64,000 nt of DNA, from assembly GCA_001914235.1 (NCBI GenBank), contig MQUF01000006.1, positions 203,234 to 267,233 of the forward strand, in the 5' to 3' direction. Made by a program: the position numbers and the translations under genes. The stretch comes from Desulfobulbaceae bacterium DB1. GTDB taxonomy: Bacteria; Desulfobacterota; Desulfobulbia; Desulfobulbales; SURF-16. Under the pieces are notes generated by a model that saw only the letters and a program-made list of their open reading frames with translations, was not told where the DNA came from and did no database searches. Shown in pieces: positions 1 through 9,342 of the stretch. Within the stretch, counting starts at the first letter, position 1; each line of letters starts with the position of its first letter.

Positions 1-894
1 TGTGATTGGAACATGGCCGAACTTCCGGCTGGTCTCCTCGATCCGCTTGGCATCGTAGGCTGCATCCATCAAATCGTAGAGATAGGTCACCTTTCCGCTG
101 GTCAACTTGATCAGCGGAATCGCTACCTGGCTGTCATGCAGCGAAGCAGAGGTTACAAGGGCACTGATTGGCAGGCCGATATCGTTGATGTCCAGATGCA
201 GCTTGAAACCGTTCCATGATATTTTGTACCCCTTGGCGTCCTTCTTGGTGCCACGATCACAGGCAACCGGCAACTCACCAATGGCTTCCTCGGCACTCTG
301 GCGGACCTGACGGTCAAGCCGCTTCTCGATGGCCGGCGTCCGTTGCTCGCCTTTGGCGGGACGCCCCCTCTTGCGAGGCTTCTTCGGCTCCCTGGCCACC
401 TTCTTCGCCGCTTTCTCACGTCCGGCAATGGCCGTGGAGTCCCGGCTGATGTGTCCGACAAGCTCTTCGCCAAGGTATTCCTTCACCAGTGCATCATGGA
501 CCCGCCCACCAAGACTGCCGGCGGCAAATTCGGCAAAGGCCCGCGACAAGGTAGGCTCCGACGGGATAGCATTGGAAGTGGCAAATCCGCATATCTGCCG
601 CAGATTCCCTGCTGATTGCAGAGCCCGACGCAGGTCGCTGGTCGTCGGATATCGGTAGAGCGCCTTTGCCACGAATGCTCGGGCGCAAGCCTGTCGGTCA
701 AGAGGCTTGCGCCCGGGATACTGATATCGACGTATGTTCCTTGGTACGTGTTGCTCAACCTGGATAATCTCCAGAATAGACACCAGGCGTTCCTCCTGCG
801 CGGTGAGCGGAGCTTGCAAACATTTGTTCAGATGGGGAAACAGACTTCTTTGGACATACCCCATCAACCATGATATTTTGTCGGTGAGCTTCAC
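1..894 (-). CDS. DDE transposase (IS4/IS5-superfamily type), 5' part only; the ORF runs off the left window edge
   Basis: Absent from the ORF track because no stop lies in the window. The minus-strand frame from GTG 894-892 (AGGAGA just upstream) stays open for 298 codons: VKLTDKISWLMGYVQ...KKPRKRGRPAKGE...KGYKISWNGFKLHLDINDIGLPISALVTSASLHDSQVAIPLIK...YDLMDAAYDA. These are blocks typical of DDE_Tnp_1-like transposases. Confidence 0.75.
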   Translation of the reverse strand, partial: MKLTDKISWLMGYVQRSLFPHLNKCLQAPLTAQEERLVSILEIIQVEQHVPRNIRRYQYPGRKPLDRQACARAFVAKALYRYPTTSDLRRALQSAGNLRQICGFATSNAIPSEPTLSRAFAEFAAGSLGGRVHDALVKEYLGEELVGHISRDSTAIAGREKAAKKVAREPKKPRKRGRPAKGEQRTPAIEKRLDRQVRQSAEEAIGELPVACDRGTKKDAKGYKISWNGFKLHLDINDIGLPISALVTSASLHDSQVAIPLIKLTSGKVTYLYDLMDAAYDAKRIEETSRKFGHVPIT

Positions 895-1091
895 GGCGTT
901 CTCCTGTGTTCTGTTTTGCTGGTTACAAAACAATACCAGAAAACGCCGTGAAGTTCAATTATTTCAATATGTTACGCGATAATATCTTTTGTGTGGCGCG
1001 TCTCGTCATTTTGAAAGAGGCTCATAAAGGAAATATGTCTTCACAATGAAAAGCCGAGTTGTAATAAAGTACCTGACGCAAGGAGGGAAAT

Positions 1092-1571
1092 ATGAGTAAA
1101 TCGCTTGTTGAGATGGCTGCGGACATTGTCAAGTCACAATGTGCCTGCACAAGTATGACGTCGGATGAGATCGGGCTGTCATTGCAGAACACCTTTACTT
1201 TGCTGCAATCCCTGCAGCAAACTGAATTGTCTGCTGATGCGGGTCAAGCAGAAGCGACCGGGGAGGAAAGCGTCCCTGTCGCGATTACGCCGGAAAAATC
1301 AATCCAGAAGAATAAAATAATCTGCCTTGAGTGCGGCCGGTCCTTCAAGCAGTTGTCGCCGAAACATCTTGCCGGGCATGGACTGACCGGCCGAGATTAT
1401 CGAAAGAAATACGGGTTTTCCCTCCGTCAGCCTCTTTGTGCAAAGGCGCTGTCGGAACGCCGTAAAAAGGCCGGCAAGGAGCGCGGTGTTCCGGAGAATC
1501 TTTTAAAGGCCATCGCCGAGCGGAAAAAGAAGGGCGGCGCGAAACAGAAATCGGCGAAGAAGACGAAGTAA
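1092..1571 (+). CDS. MucR/Ros family transcriptional regulator
   Basis: The C-terminal zinc-finger block KIICLECGRSFKQLSPKHLAGHGLTGRDYRKKYG is the Ros/MucR signature. A strong SD (AAGGAGGG) precedes the ATG. Confidence 0.85.
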   Translation: MSKSLVEMAADIVKSQCACTSMTSDEIGLSLQNTFTLLQSLQQTELSADAGQAEATGEESVPVAITPEKSIQKNKIICLECGRSFKQLSPKHLAGHGLTGRDYRKKYGFSLRQPLCAKALSERRKKAGKERGVPENLLKAIAERKKKGGAKQKSAKKTK

Positions 1572-1616
1572 AAAACGATTTTATTTTACTTCTTTCAATC
1601 CGTCTTGTAATAAAAA

Positions 1617-1650
1617 GCACGCAGGGAATGGATCTTTGCGTGCTTTTTTT
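1617..1650 (+). terminator. Rho-independent terminator after the mucR-like gene
   Basis: The stem GCACGCA(1617-1623)/TGCGTGC(1637-1643) is followed by T7 (1644-1650). Confidence 0.7.
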
Positions 1651-1661
1651 ATGTTGATTTA

Positions 1662-2474
1662 TTGTGTCAGGCGTCGGAAGTGATAGGTATCTTTGATTCA
1701 GGTGTCGGCGGAATGACGGTGGCCAAAGCCATTGAACAACTGCTGCCCCAAAAAAATATAGTCTATTTCGGGGATCTTGCCAGGACTCCCTATGGTTCGA
1801 AAAGTCCGGAAACCATCCGGAAATATTCACGCCAGAATACCGAGTTGCTGCTCGATAAAGGGGCAAAAATCATTGTCATCGCCTGTAATTCCGCGGCAAG
1901 TGTGGCCTCGGACCTGCTGGCCGGCGAGTTCAGCGCCCCGGTTTTTGAGGTTATCACTCCGGCCATCCATCGGGCCATCAATCTGTCGAAAAACGGACGG
2001 ATAGGGGTGATAGGCACCAGGGCAACGATTAAAAGCAACATCTATGAGTCGAAAATCCGGCAAATCCGGCCGGATGCGGCGGTGCTCTCCCAGCCCTGTC
2101 CCCTGCTGGTTCCCTTGGTGGAAGAAGGGTGGCTGGACAAGCGGGAAACCAAGATGATCATCCGTCGTTATCTGCATCCGTTGAAGCATAAAGGTGTTGA
2201 TACCCTGGTGCTGGGATGTACCCATTACCCGCTGCTCAAGCATCTTATCGGGCCGCGGATCGGCAACGGGGTCAATGTGATTGATTCTTCCACTGCTGTC
2301 GCCTGGGTGGTAAAGCAGTATCTTGTTGATCACCCCGAGATGGACAGTCAGTTGACCAACGGCGGAGAGCGCTTTTATTATGTTTCGGATGTCACCGATG
2401 CGGCTCAGAAGACCGCCCAGCGGATTTTCGGCAGAAAAGTAGAACTTATTCAGGTTGATATGGAAGGAAGTTGA
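1662..2474 (+). CDS. murI: Glutamate racemase
   Basis: Motifs IGIFDSGVGGMTV, VIACNSAS and GCTHYPLL. The start is uncertain: TTG 1662 or GTG 1680. Confidence 0.9.
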   Translation: MCQASEVIGIFDSGVGGMTVAKAIEQLLPQKNIVYFGDLARTPYGSKSPETIRKYSRQNTELLLDKGAKIIVIACNSAASVASDLLAGEFSAPVFEVITPAIHRAINLSKNGRIGVIGTRATIKSNIYESKIRQIRPDAAVLSQPCPLLVPLVEEGWLDKRETKMIIRRYLHPLKHKGVDTLVLGCTHYPLLKHLIGPRIGNGVNVIDSSTAVAWVVKQYLVDHPEMDSQLTNGGERFYYVSDVTDAAQKTAQRIFGRKVELIQVDMEGS

Positions 2475-2475
2475 A

Positions 2476-3135
2476 ATGAAAAAAATGTTACTTTTGCTGC
2501 AGATGCTCCTTATTCTCTTTTTTTCCGTTGTCGGTCACTGCGATGACTTGACCCCGACTGCCGTTGCCACGAAGATTCAGGAAAAATACGAGAGGACAAA
2601 TGCTTTTAAAGCCGATTTTTTGCAAACATCAAATATAAGCGGCATGCAGCATCGCGAGCGGCAGGGCAGCGGCACAATGGCGATCCAGAAACCGGCTTTG
2701 CTTCGTTGGGATTATTCATCTCCGGACATCCAGGTGCTGGTAAGCGATGGAGAGAATTTCTCCCTTTATTTCGCCTCGGAAAAACAGATGATTGTCACCC
2801 CTGCCAAAGAGTATTTGCAGGAGGATGTGACCTATAGCTTCTTTTCCGGGACCGGCAACCTGCTGCGGGATTTTGACGTGACGGACGCACCCGGTTTTCT
2901 CGACCAGGAAGGCAGCCACGTGATCGCCCTCAAGCCGAAAAATCCGCATCCCCAGGTGGAGATCATGTATGTCTGGGTGGATAAGGACACTTTTCTCATC
3001 AACCATCTGCAGATTCAGGATCATCTGGGCAGTTTGACCGATCTTGTTTTTTTCAATCCGGTGGTTGATAAACCGTTTCCGGTCGAACATTTCCATTTTA
3101 CCCCCCCTGAAGGAACGGAAATAATCAGGCAATAG
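2476..3135 (+). CDS. lolA: LolA-like outer-membrane lipoprotein carrier protein
   Basis: Signal peptide MKKMLLLLQMLLILFFSVVG, and a LolA-like pattern (FKADF.Q...........G.......P..LRW.Y..P). ATG 2476 was chosen over the longer track start 2455. Confidence 0.7.
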   Translation: MKKMLLLLQMLLILFFSVVGHCDDLTPTAVATKIQEKYERTNAFKADFLQTSNISGMQHRERQGSGTMAIQKPALLRWDYSSPDIQVLVSDGENFSLYFASEKQMIVTPAKEYLQEDVTYSFFSGTGNLLRDFDVTDAPGFLDQEGSHVIALKPKNPHPQVEIMYVWVDKDTFLINHLQIQDHLGSLTDLVFFNPVVDKPFPVEHFHFTPPEGTEIIRQ

Positions 3136-3226
3136 CCTTTTTGTTTTTTTTCAATGACCGGTTTATGGTTTGCGGAGGATGGTTTGCTGTTGACCTGAAA
3201 CCGGAACCGGAACTCAAAGCAGTCGA

Positions 3227-5035
3227 ATGACACCATCATCTCCTTTCCATGTGGCGCTTGTCTCCATGCCGTGGGCCATTTTTAACCGGCCTTCCATCCA
3301 GCTCGGTACCCTGAAAAGTTATCTGGAGGGAAAAGCGGACGGTATCAAGGTGCGTTCGCTGCATCCGTATCTTGCAGTGGCAAAAGATCTCGGCAAGGAT
3401 CTTTATCACGCGATTTCCGCCAATGTCTGGGTCTGCGAGGCGCTTTACGCGGCACTTCTCTTTCCGGAACAGCGCGGTCGGGCCAAGGAGCTGGCGGAAA
3501 AAGAGTTTCAGTCCGACAACCGGACGCTTCCTTTTGATTTTGATGCTGTCTGTGCGCAACTGGACAAAAACCTGAAAATGTGGGCGGCAGGCGTTGACTG
3601 GCGGGACATTGATCTGGTCGGTTTTTCCGTTTGTTTCAATCAGCTCTTTGCCACTCTTGTTGCGGTTCGGGAATTGAAAGAAAGACGTCCCGGCCTGGTG
3701 ATCGTGCTTGGCGGCTCTTCCTGTCATGATGATGTTGCAGGCGCCCTTTTCCGCTCTTTTGATGTTGATTACATGATCAGCGGCGAAGGGGAGGAACCGT
3801 TTCTTTCGCTGTGCCGATATCTGGCCGGGCTGGACAAAAGGCTGCACGCGCGGGTGCATCATGCCGGTCCTCCTGCCCAACCTTCACCGGCGCCGGCGGA
3901 CGGGCAGGTCAATTTGACCGAACTTGCTGTTCCTGATTATGATGACTATTTTCGGGAAATGGAAAATTTGTTCAGCCGCAATACCTTCATCCCTGTTCTG
4001 CCGATTGAATTTTCCCGTGGATGCTGGTGGCGGCGATGTACTTTCTGCAATCTGAATCTGCAGTGGCGCGGCTATCGTTTCAAAAAGGCGGAAAAGATGG
4101 CACGCGAGGTGCTGTTGCTGGCCAACCGCTATAAAACCCTGGACTTTACCTTCACGGATAACGCGCTGCCGCTCAAGGATGCAGCCACCTTTTTTACGAC
4201 GATGGCGCGGTCCGCCCATGACTACCGTTTCTTTGCGGAAATTCGGGCGGATTATCGAGGGACGATGCTCGCCCAAAGCCGACAAGGCGGCCTTGCTGCC
4301 GTCCAGGTGGGGATTGAATCCTTCAGCAACTCGTTGCTGCAGAAATTTGCCAAAGGGGTCACGGTGATCGAAAATCTGGCGATCATGCGTGATGCGGCGG
4401 CCGGCGGCGTCGTGCTTGACGGCAATCTGATCGTTGAATTTCCGGGAAGCACCTCGGCCGAGGTCGAGGAGACACTGACGGTCCTTGATTTTGCTTTTCC
4501 TTTTCACCCCCTCTCCACCGCCTCTTTTTTCCTCGGCCACGGCAGTCCCGTGGATTGCCGGGCCAGGGATTACGGAATTTCGGCAAAAACGGTGCATCCC
4601 CATTTTGCGGCCATGCTGCCCGCGGAGATTGCCGCGGATTTCCCTTTTCTCATCAAGGGATACCGGGGGGATCGACAAAAACAGCGCAGGATGTGGCAGC
4701 CGGTGGTGGACAAGGTTCGCCGGTGGCGCGCCTTTCATGAAAAAAAAACAGGCGGCGGGAACCCTTTTCTTTCATATCGCGATGGTGGTGATTTTCTCAT
4801 TATCCGTCAGGTGCTGCCGGCAGGAGATGTTCTGCATCATCGGCTGCAAGGCCTGTCCCGCGAAATATATCGCGCCTGTAATGATATTATCGACCCGGCC
4901 TCCCTTGCCCGGATGTTTCCGTCATTGAGCGTGAAACAGATTGAGAACTTTTTAAATGACCTTGTCGCCAAGCGGCTCGTCTTCCGTGAAGGTGACAGAT
5001 TTCTCGCCCTGGCGGTCAGGGATGGGAAAAATTGA
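3227..5035 (+). CDS. B12-binding-domain radical SAM protein with a C-terminal winged-helix (RRE/PqqD-like) tail
   Basis: N-terminus VALVSMPWAIFNRPSIQLGTLKSYL, Cys cluster SRGCWWRRCTFCN, and C-terminus LQGLSREIYRACNDIIDPASLARMF..IENFLNDLVAKRLVF. Confidence 0.8.
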   Translation: MTPSSPFHVALVSMPWAIFNRPSIQLGTLKSYLEGKADGIKVRSLHPYLAVAKDLGKDLYHAISANVWVCEALYAALLFPEQRGRAKELAEKEFQSDNRTLPFDFDAVCAQLDKNLKMWAAGVDWRDIDLVGFSVCFNQLFATLVAVRELKERRPGLVIVLGGSSCHDDVAGALFRSFDVDYMISGEGEEPFLSLCRYLAGLDKRLHARVHHAGPPAQPSPAPADGQVNLTELAVPDYDDYFREMENLFSRNTFIPVLPIEFSRGCWWRRCTFCNLNLQWRGYRFKKAEKMAREVLLLANRYKTLDFTFTDNALPLKDAATFFTTMARSAHDYRFFAEIRADYRGTMLAQSRQGGLAAVQVGIESFSNSLLQKFAKGVTVIENLAIMRDAAAGGVVLDGNLIVEFPGSTSAEVEETLTVLDFAFPFHPLSTASFFLGHGSPVDCRARDYGISAKTVHPHFAAMLPAEIAADFPFLIKGYRGDRQKQRRMWQPVVDKVRRWRAFHEKKTGGGNPFLSYRDGGDFLIIRQVLPAGDVLHHRLQGLSREIYRACNDIIDPASLARMFPSLSVKQIENFLNDLVAKRLVFREGDRFLALAVRDGKN

Positions 5036-5080
5036 TGTTGCGTCCCAGACAAATGGCTGTTGCCTGATTGGATAAAGAAT

Positions 5081-5614
5081 ATGGATACCTTTGATAAACA
5101 GACGATGCTTGTTGTCGGCGGCTGCCGCAGCGGCAAGAGCCGCTTTGCGGAACAATGGGCCACCGAGCGTTTCGCCAGAAAAATCTATGTGGCCACCATG
5201 GTTATCGGCGATGACAAGGAAATGGCGAAACGGGTGCGGATACATCGTCGGGACCGTGGGGAAAACTGGCGGACCATCGAGGAATCGAGTAATCTGCCGT
5301 CCGTGTTGCGTGACCTTTGCCGTGAAACGGATGTATTCCTCATCGATTGTCTCACCCTGTGGCTGACCAATCTTCTGTTGGATGAGAACACCGATGAGGC
5401 CATTTCCGGCAAGGTGAAGGAGCTGATCCAGGCCCTGGAGGAGTGCCCGATATCGGTGGTGCTGGTCGCCAATGAGGTGGGGATGGGAATTGTGCCTGAA
5501 TCGTCCCTTGCCCGGCGTTTCCGGGATCTTGCCGGCTGGTGCAACCAGCAGATCGGCGCCCGCTGTGACAAGGTTGTTTTCATGGCGGCCGGATTGCCGC
5601 TTACTTTGAAATAA
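5081..5614 (+). CDS. cobU: Adenosylcobinamide kinase / adenosylcobinamide-phosphate guanylyltransferase
   Basis: P-loop VVGGCRSGKSRFAE, plus IDCLTLWLTN and VANEVGMGIVPE. ATG 5081 is preferred to TTG 5060. Confidence 0.85.
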   Translation: MDTFDKQTMLVVGGCRSGKSRFAEQWATERFARKIYVATMVIGDDKEMAKRVRIHRRDRGENWRTIEESSNLPSVLRDLCRETDVFLIDCLTLWLTNLLLDENTDEAISGKVKELIQALEECPISVVLVANEVGMGIVPESSLARRFRDLAGWCNQQIGARCDKVVFMAAGLPLTLK

Positions 5615-5624
5615 GGGAGGAACA

Positions 5625-6689
5625 ATGAGCAAGCATGGGGGCAATATAGTTGCCGTTGCCAAAGAGCTCGGTTGCCGGGTAGTCGACCTGATCGATATGA
5701 GCAGCAACCTGACACCCTTGGGTATGGCTCCCGGACTCAGACAGGTTCTTGAACAGGGGCTGTCGCAGATAGCCTATCTGCCCGAAACGGAAAGTGAAAC
5801 CCTGCGCAATATTTTTGCCGCAAGATTCGGCCTGGCTGAAAACGAGGTTCTGGTCGGCAACGGAACCACCGAGTTTATCTTTGCCTTGCCGTGGGCCTTT
5901 ACGGGCCGGCGGGCGGTGATCGTCAATCCGACCTATTCCGATTATCAGCTGGCCTGTTCATGGGCCGGTGTCGAGGTGGTCGATTTCATGCTCGACCGTG
6001 ACCGGGATTTTCAGCTTGATCTGCACCGGCTTTCGTCGCAACTCCGAGGCGGGGAGCTGGTCTTTCTCTGCAACCCCAACAATCCCACCGGCGTACTGAC
6101 ACCAAACCGTGAGCTGCATGATTTTATCGTCAACCATCCGCAAACGTTTTTTCTGGTGGATGAATCCTATCTGCCGTTTACCCGGGATATATCGCAGCTC
6201 ACCCTTGAGCTGCCCGGCAATCTTTTTGTTCTCTTTTCTTCTTCCAAGATATATGGTATTCCAGGGCTCCGGCTCGGTTTTCTGGTTTCCCGCGCCGCCA
6301 ACCTGAAAAAACTCGGCGAGCGCCGCAAACCATGGGGGGTCAACCGGATCGCCCAGTTGGCGGGGGAGTTTCTCCTCACCCATGGTGAGGTTTATGCGGA
6401 GCAGGTACGCGCGTTTCTTGAAAAGGAGCGCCCCTGGTTTGTCGACCGATTGGCGAAAATTCCCGGAATCGAGGTTATTCCCGGCAACGCCAATTTCATC
6501 CTCATCCGACTGCACGGACAGATGACGGCACGGCAACTGCGGGATAAAATGCTGGTTCGAAGAATCATGATTCGTAACTGCGATAATTTCGAAGGGCTTG
6601 ACGATACGTTTTTCCGCATCTGCCTGAAGGAGCGCAAGGAAAACGAGGCATGCATCAGGGCCTTGTCCGACATAGTTGCCGAAAGGTAA
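5625..6689 (+). CDS. cobD: L-threonine-O-3-phosphate decarboxylase (CobD, class I/II aminotransferase fold)
   Basis: N-terminal KHGGNI...DLIDMSSNLTPLG, NPNNPTG, and PLP-lysine context SSSKIYGIPGLRLG. It lies directly after cobU. SD GGGAGG. Confidence 0.75.
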   Translation: MSKHGGNIVAVAKELGCRVVDLIDMSSNLTPLGMAPGLRQVLEQGLSQIAYLPETESETLRNIFAARFGLAENEVLVGNGTTEFIFALPWAFTGRRAVIVNPTYSDYQLACSWAGVEVVDFMLDRDRDFQLDLHRLSSQLRGGELVFLCNPNNPTGVLTPNRELHDFIVNHPQTFFLVDESYLPFTRDISQLTLELPGNLFVLFSSSKIYGIPGLRLGFLVSRAANLKKLGERRKPWGVNRIAQLAGEFLLTHGEVYAEQVRAFLEKERPWFVDRLAKIPGIEVIPGNANFILIRLHGQMTARQLRDKMLVRRIMIRNCDNFEGLDDTFFRICLKERKENEACIRALSDIVAER

Positions 6690-6720
6690 AAAAAAGAATT
6701 ATTTTCAGTAAATAACAACA

Positions 6721-7236
6721 ATGAGAATAGCGATCATTTCGGATACACACGATCAGGTGGCCAACCTGCGGGCAGCGGTCACATATTGCAATGCCTATAA
6801 TGTCCAATTGCTCATCCACTGCGGGGATCTGATTTCGCCGTTCATGCTTGATGAGCTGGCCTGCTTTGCCGGTGCGGTGCATTTGATTTACGGCAATAAT
6901 GTCGGCGATCAGCATCTGATCTCCCAGTCCTGCGGCACCAGATTCCCCTCCATCAGTCATCACGGGGTGCTGGGAGCCGTTGAAGCGGGAGGGCTTAAAA
7001 TCGCCTTCCACCATTATCCCCAGGTTGCCCGCGGCCTTGCCCACCAGGGTCTTTTTGACGTGGTATGCTGCGGCCATAATCATCGTTACGGGGTGGAAGA
7101 AATAGGCACGACATTGCTGATAAATCCAGGGGATATGCTCGGCAAGGAAAATCAGCCGTGTTTTGTAATTTTTGAAAGCTCATCCCGCACCGTGGAAAAG
7201 GTGGAGGTGGGCACGAAAATGAAGTTCGGAAACTAA
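6721..7236 (+). CDS. YfcE/MJ0936-type metallophosphoesterase
   Basis: Motifs MRIAIISDTHD, HCGD, GNNVGD and GHNH. Confidence 0.8.
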   Translation: MRIAIISDTHDQVANLRAAVTYCNAYNVQLLIHCGDLISPFMLDELACFAGAVHLIYGNNVGDQHLISQSCGTRFPSISHHGVLGAVEAGGLKIAFHHYPQVARGLAHQGLFDVVCCGHNHRYGVEEIGTTLLINPGDMLGKENQPCFVIFESSSRTVEKVEVGTKMKFGN

Positions 7237-7301
7237 TGTCACGCACCATTGGGAAAGAAGTTTTTTTATAAGCCGGAAAAAACATTGAACAGGACAAATG
7301 C

Positions 7302-8522
7302 ATGCAGAACCAGAAGAACGACAATGAGATGAGCTTTGCCGAGATGTTCCAGGATAACGAGACCGTTGTGGAACATCTTGTTCCCGGCCAGAAGGTGAAG
7401 GCGGAAATCGTTCGCATCAGCAAGGAATGGGTTTTTCTTGATCTCGGCGGCAAAAGCGAGGGATCGCTCGCCCTGGCGGAACTGCTTGGCACGGAAGGAG
7501 AGCCGACGGTCAAGGAAGGCGATTCCATTGAGGTTTATTTTCTTGGGGTGCAGCGCAATGAGAAAATTTTCACCACAAAAATAGGCGGTTCCGCGGCCAG
7601 TGCCCATCTGGAGGAGGCGTACCGCAGCGGTATCCCGGTTGAGGGAACCGTTCAGAAGGAAATCAAGGGGGGCTTTGAAGTGAAAATCGGGGCCATCCGC
7701 GCCTTCTGCCCCTTTTCTCAGATGGGGCTGCATAAAATAACAAATAATGAGGAATACATCGGCCGTCAGTTGCCTTTCCGCATTGTTGAATACAAGGAAA
7801 ACGGCAGGAATATCATCGTTTCCCACCGTAAAATCATGGAGGAGGAACGTCTCCGGCAGAAAGAAGCCCTGCGGGAAAGTCTTGAAGTCGGCCGGATCGT
7901 CGATGGAACCATCACCTCCATCCGTGATTTTGGCGCATTTGTCGATATCGGCGGTATTGAAGGACTTATTCCGGTTTCCGAGATGGCCTACGGCAGGGTT
8001 GAGGACGTTCATTCCGTGGTGGAAAAAGGTCAGAAGGTACAGGTTGCCGTCAAGAAACTTGACTGGGAAAACGACCGTTATTCTTTTTCCCTGCGGGAAA
8101 CCATGCCCGATCCCTGGGAAGCGGCCAATCTTCAGGAAGGCAGCACCATGACAGGCGTTGTCTCGCGTCTGGTGGATTTCGGCGCCTTTGTTACCCTGGC
8201 GCCCGGCATTGACGGCCTGGTTCATATTTCCAATCTCGGCGGCGGACGCCGGATTAATCATCCCCGTGAGGTGGTGCAGAAAGGACAAAGCCTGGAAGTG
8301 CGCATAGACTCCCTTGACCGGGAGCAGAAACGGGTTTCCCTTTCCCTGCCCCAGTCGCAGGAAGAAGAGCAGAAGGTTGAGGAAAGGAAAAAAGGACGAA
8401 AGTCTGAGCGCCGGGATGACATGCGTGATGAATTCCATCGTTTTCAAGAGACATCGAAAGACAAGAAAGGGTCCGCAATGGGGACTTTTGGGGATCTGTT
8501 GAAGGGAAAGCTTGATGAATAA
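7302..8522 (+). CDS. S1 RNA-binding domain protein (about four S1 repeats, basic/acidic tail)
   Basis: Repeated S1 units (VPGQKVKAEIVRI..., GTVQKEIKGGFEVKIG, GRIVDGTITSIRDFGAFVDIGG, MTGVVSRLVDFGAFVTLAPG.DGLVHIS). Confidence 0.8.
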   Translation: MQNQKNDNEMSFAEMFQDNETVVEHLVPGQKVKAEIVRISKEWVFLDLGGKSEGSLALAELLGTEGEPTVKEGDSIEVYFLGVQRNEKIFTTKIGGSAASAHLEEAYRSGIPVEGTVQKEIKGGFEVKIGAIRAFCPFSQMGLHKITNNEEYIGRQLPFRIVEYKENGRNIIVSHRKIMEEERLRQKEALRESLEVGRIVDGTITSIRDFGAFVDIGGIEGLIPVSEMAYGRVEDVHSVVEKGQKVQVAVKKLDWENDRYSFSLRETMPDPWEAANLQEGSTMTGVVSRLVDFGAFVTLAPGIDGLVHISNLGGGRRINHPREVVQKGQSLEVRIDSLDREQKRVSLSLPQSQEEEQKVEERKKGRKSERRDDMRDEFHRFQETSKDKKGSAMGTFGDLLKGKLDE

Positions 8523-8576
8523 GTATGGTTCCAGTCCGGAAGCCGCCGAAGGCAGAGGGCAGATGAAAGTCAACCA

Positions 8577-9170
8577 ATGAAAGTCAAAAAAAAAATCCTC
8601 CTCGTTGATGACGAAGAACTTATTTTAAGCAGTCTTTGCATGGACCTTGAAGGCGCTGGGTACGATGTCACCATGGCGGCCAACGGGGAGGAGGGGATAG
8701 ATGCGCTCAGAAAAAATTACTTCAATCTGCTGATTACCGATCTGGCGATGGAGGGCATTGACGGACTTGAAGTTCTGAAGGCGGCCAAGGAAATTGACCC
8801 TGAAATCGCCGTCATCATCCTCACCGGTTACGGCGAGGTGTCATCGGCAATCGAGGCGTTACGGCTCGGAGCCTCTGATTATCTGCTGAAGCCCTGCGGC
8901 AGTGATGAACTGCAGGTGCGGATTGAAAAATGTCTTGAACTGCAGGACATGGCCAGGAAAATAAAGATTTATGAAAAAATTCTGCCGATCTGCGAGGATT
9001 GCAGGAAAGTCTGTAACGATTTGACGGGAACAGGCAAAAAGACGGAATGGATTGCCCTGGACCAGTTCATAAGCAAAAAAACGGGTCTCGGTATCAGTCA
9101 CGGATACTGTCCCGAATGTTTCATGGAGGCCATGAAAGAAATCGAGCTGGCCAGAAAAAAGAAGAAATAA
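8577..9170 (+). CDS. Response regulator receiver with a C-terminal Cys-rich tail
   Basis: REC motifs ILLVDDEE, LITDLAM and DYLLKP. The tail is PICEDCRKVCND...W..LDQFISKKTGLGISHGYCPEC. Confidence 0.85.
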   Translation: MKVKKKILLVDDEELILSSLCMDLEGAGYDVTMAANGEEGIDALRKNYFNLLITDLAMEGIDGLEVLKAAKEIDPEIAVIILTGYGEVSSAIEALRLGASDYLLKPCGSDELQVRIEKCLELQDMARKIKIYEKILPICEDCRKVCNDLTGTGKKTEWIALDQFISKKTGLGISHGYCPECFMEAMKEIELARKKKK

Positions 9171-9176
9171 TTTTGC

Positions 9177-9342
9177 AACTATCCAGCTTGGGACGAAAAG
9201 TGTTCAAACCGTCCCGTGCTGTAACTGTTCAGCAGTGCCGCAGATGCGCCGGTAAGCGCAGACTCCGAGAGAGGCCTGACCGCTATACACTGGGTATGCG
9301 GGCAGGCCGATGACAAAGCAGATGCGGTGCTGCTGGATAGTT
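9177..9342 (+). ncRNA. Candidate structured RNA of unknown family
   Basis: Closing helix AACTATCCAGC(9177-9187)/GCTGGATAGTT(9332-9342). Internal hairpins at 9190-9215, 9245-9260 and 9273-9308. A 12-bp helix joins 9230-9241 to 9324-9335. A T-run at 9350-9355 follows on the plus strand. The strand call is weak. Confidence 0.3.

Noticed and set aside
3136-3226. A cobalamin riboswitch upstream of the B12-radical-SAM/cobU/cobD genes.
   Set aside because: Only ~90 nt are available and no B12-box-like sequence (GCCACTG context) is visible. The 9.2-kb structured element also lacks it.
7266-8573. A 435-aa minus-strand ORF opposite the S1-domain gene. Similar long antisense ORFs lie at 18039..19325, 22317..23552, 20052..21035, 26262..27347, 9436..10248, 3884..4738 and 4952..5707.
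   Set aside because: Each lies fully inside a gene with clear family motifs on the other strand. Their translations are low-complexity (Gly/Arg/Pro-rich) with no recognisable motif. These are typical shadow ORFs of GC-rich coding DNA.
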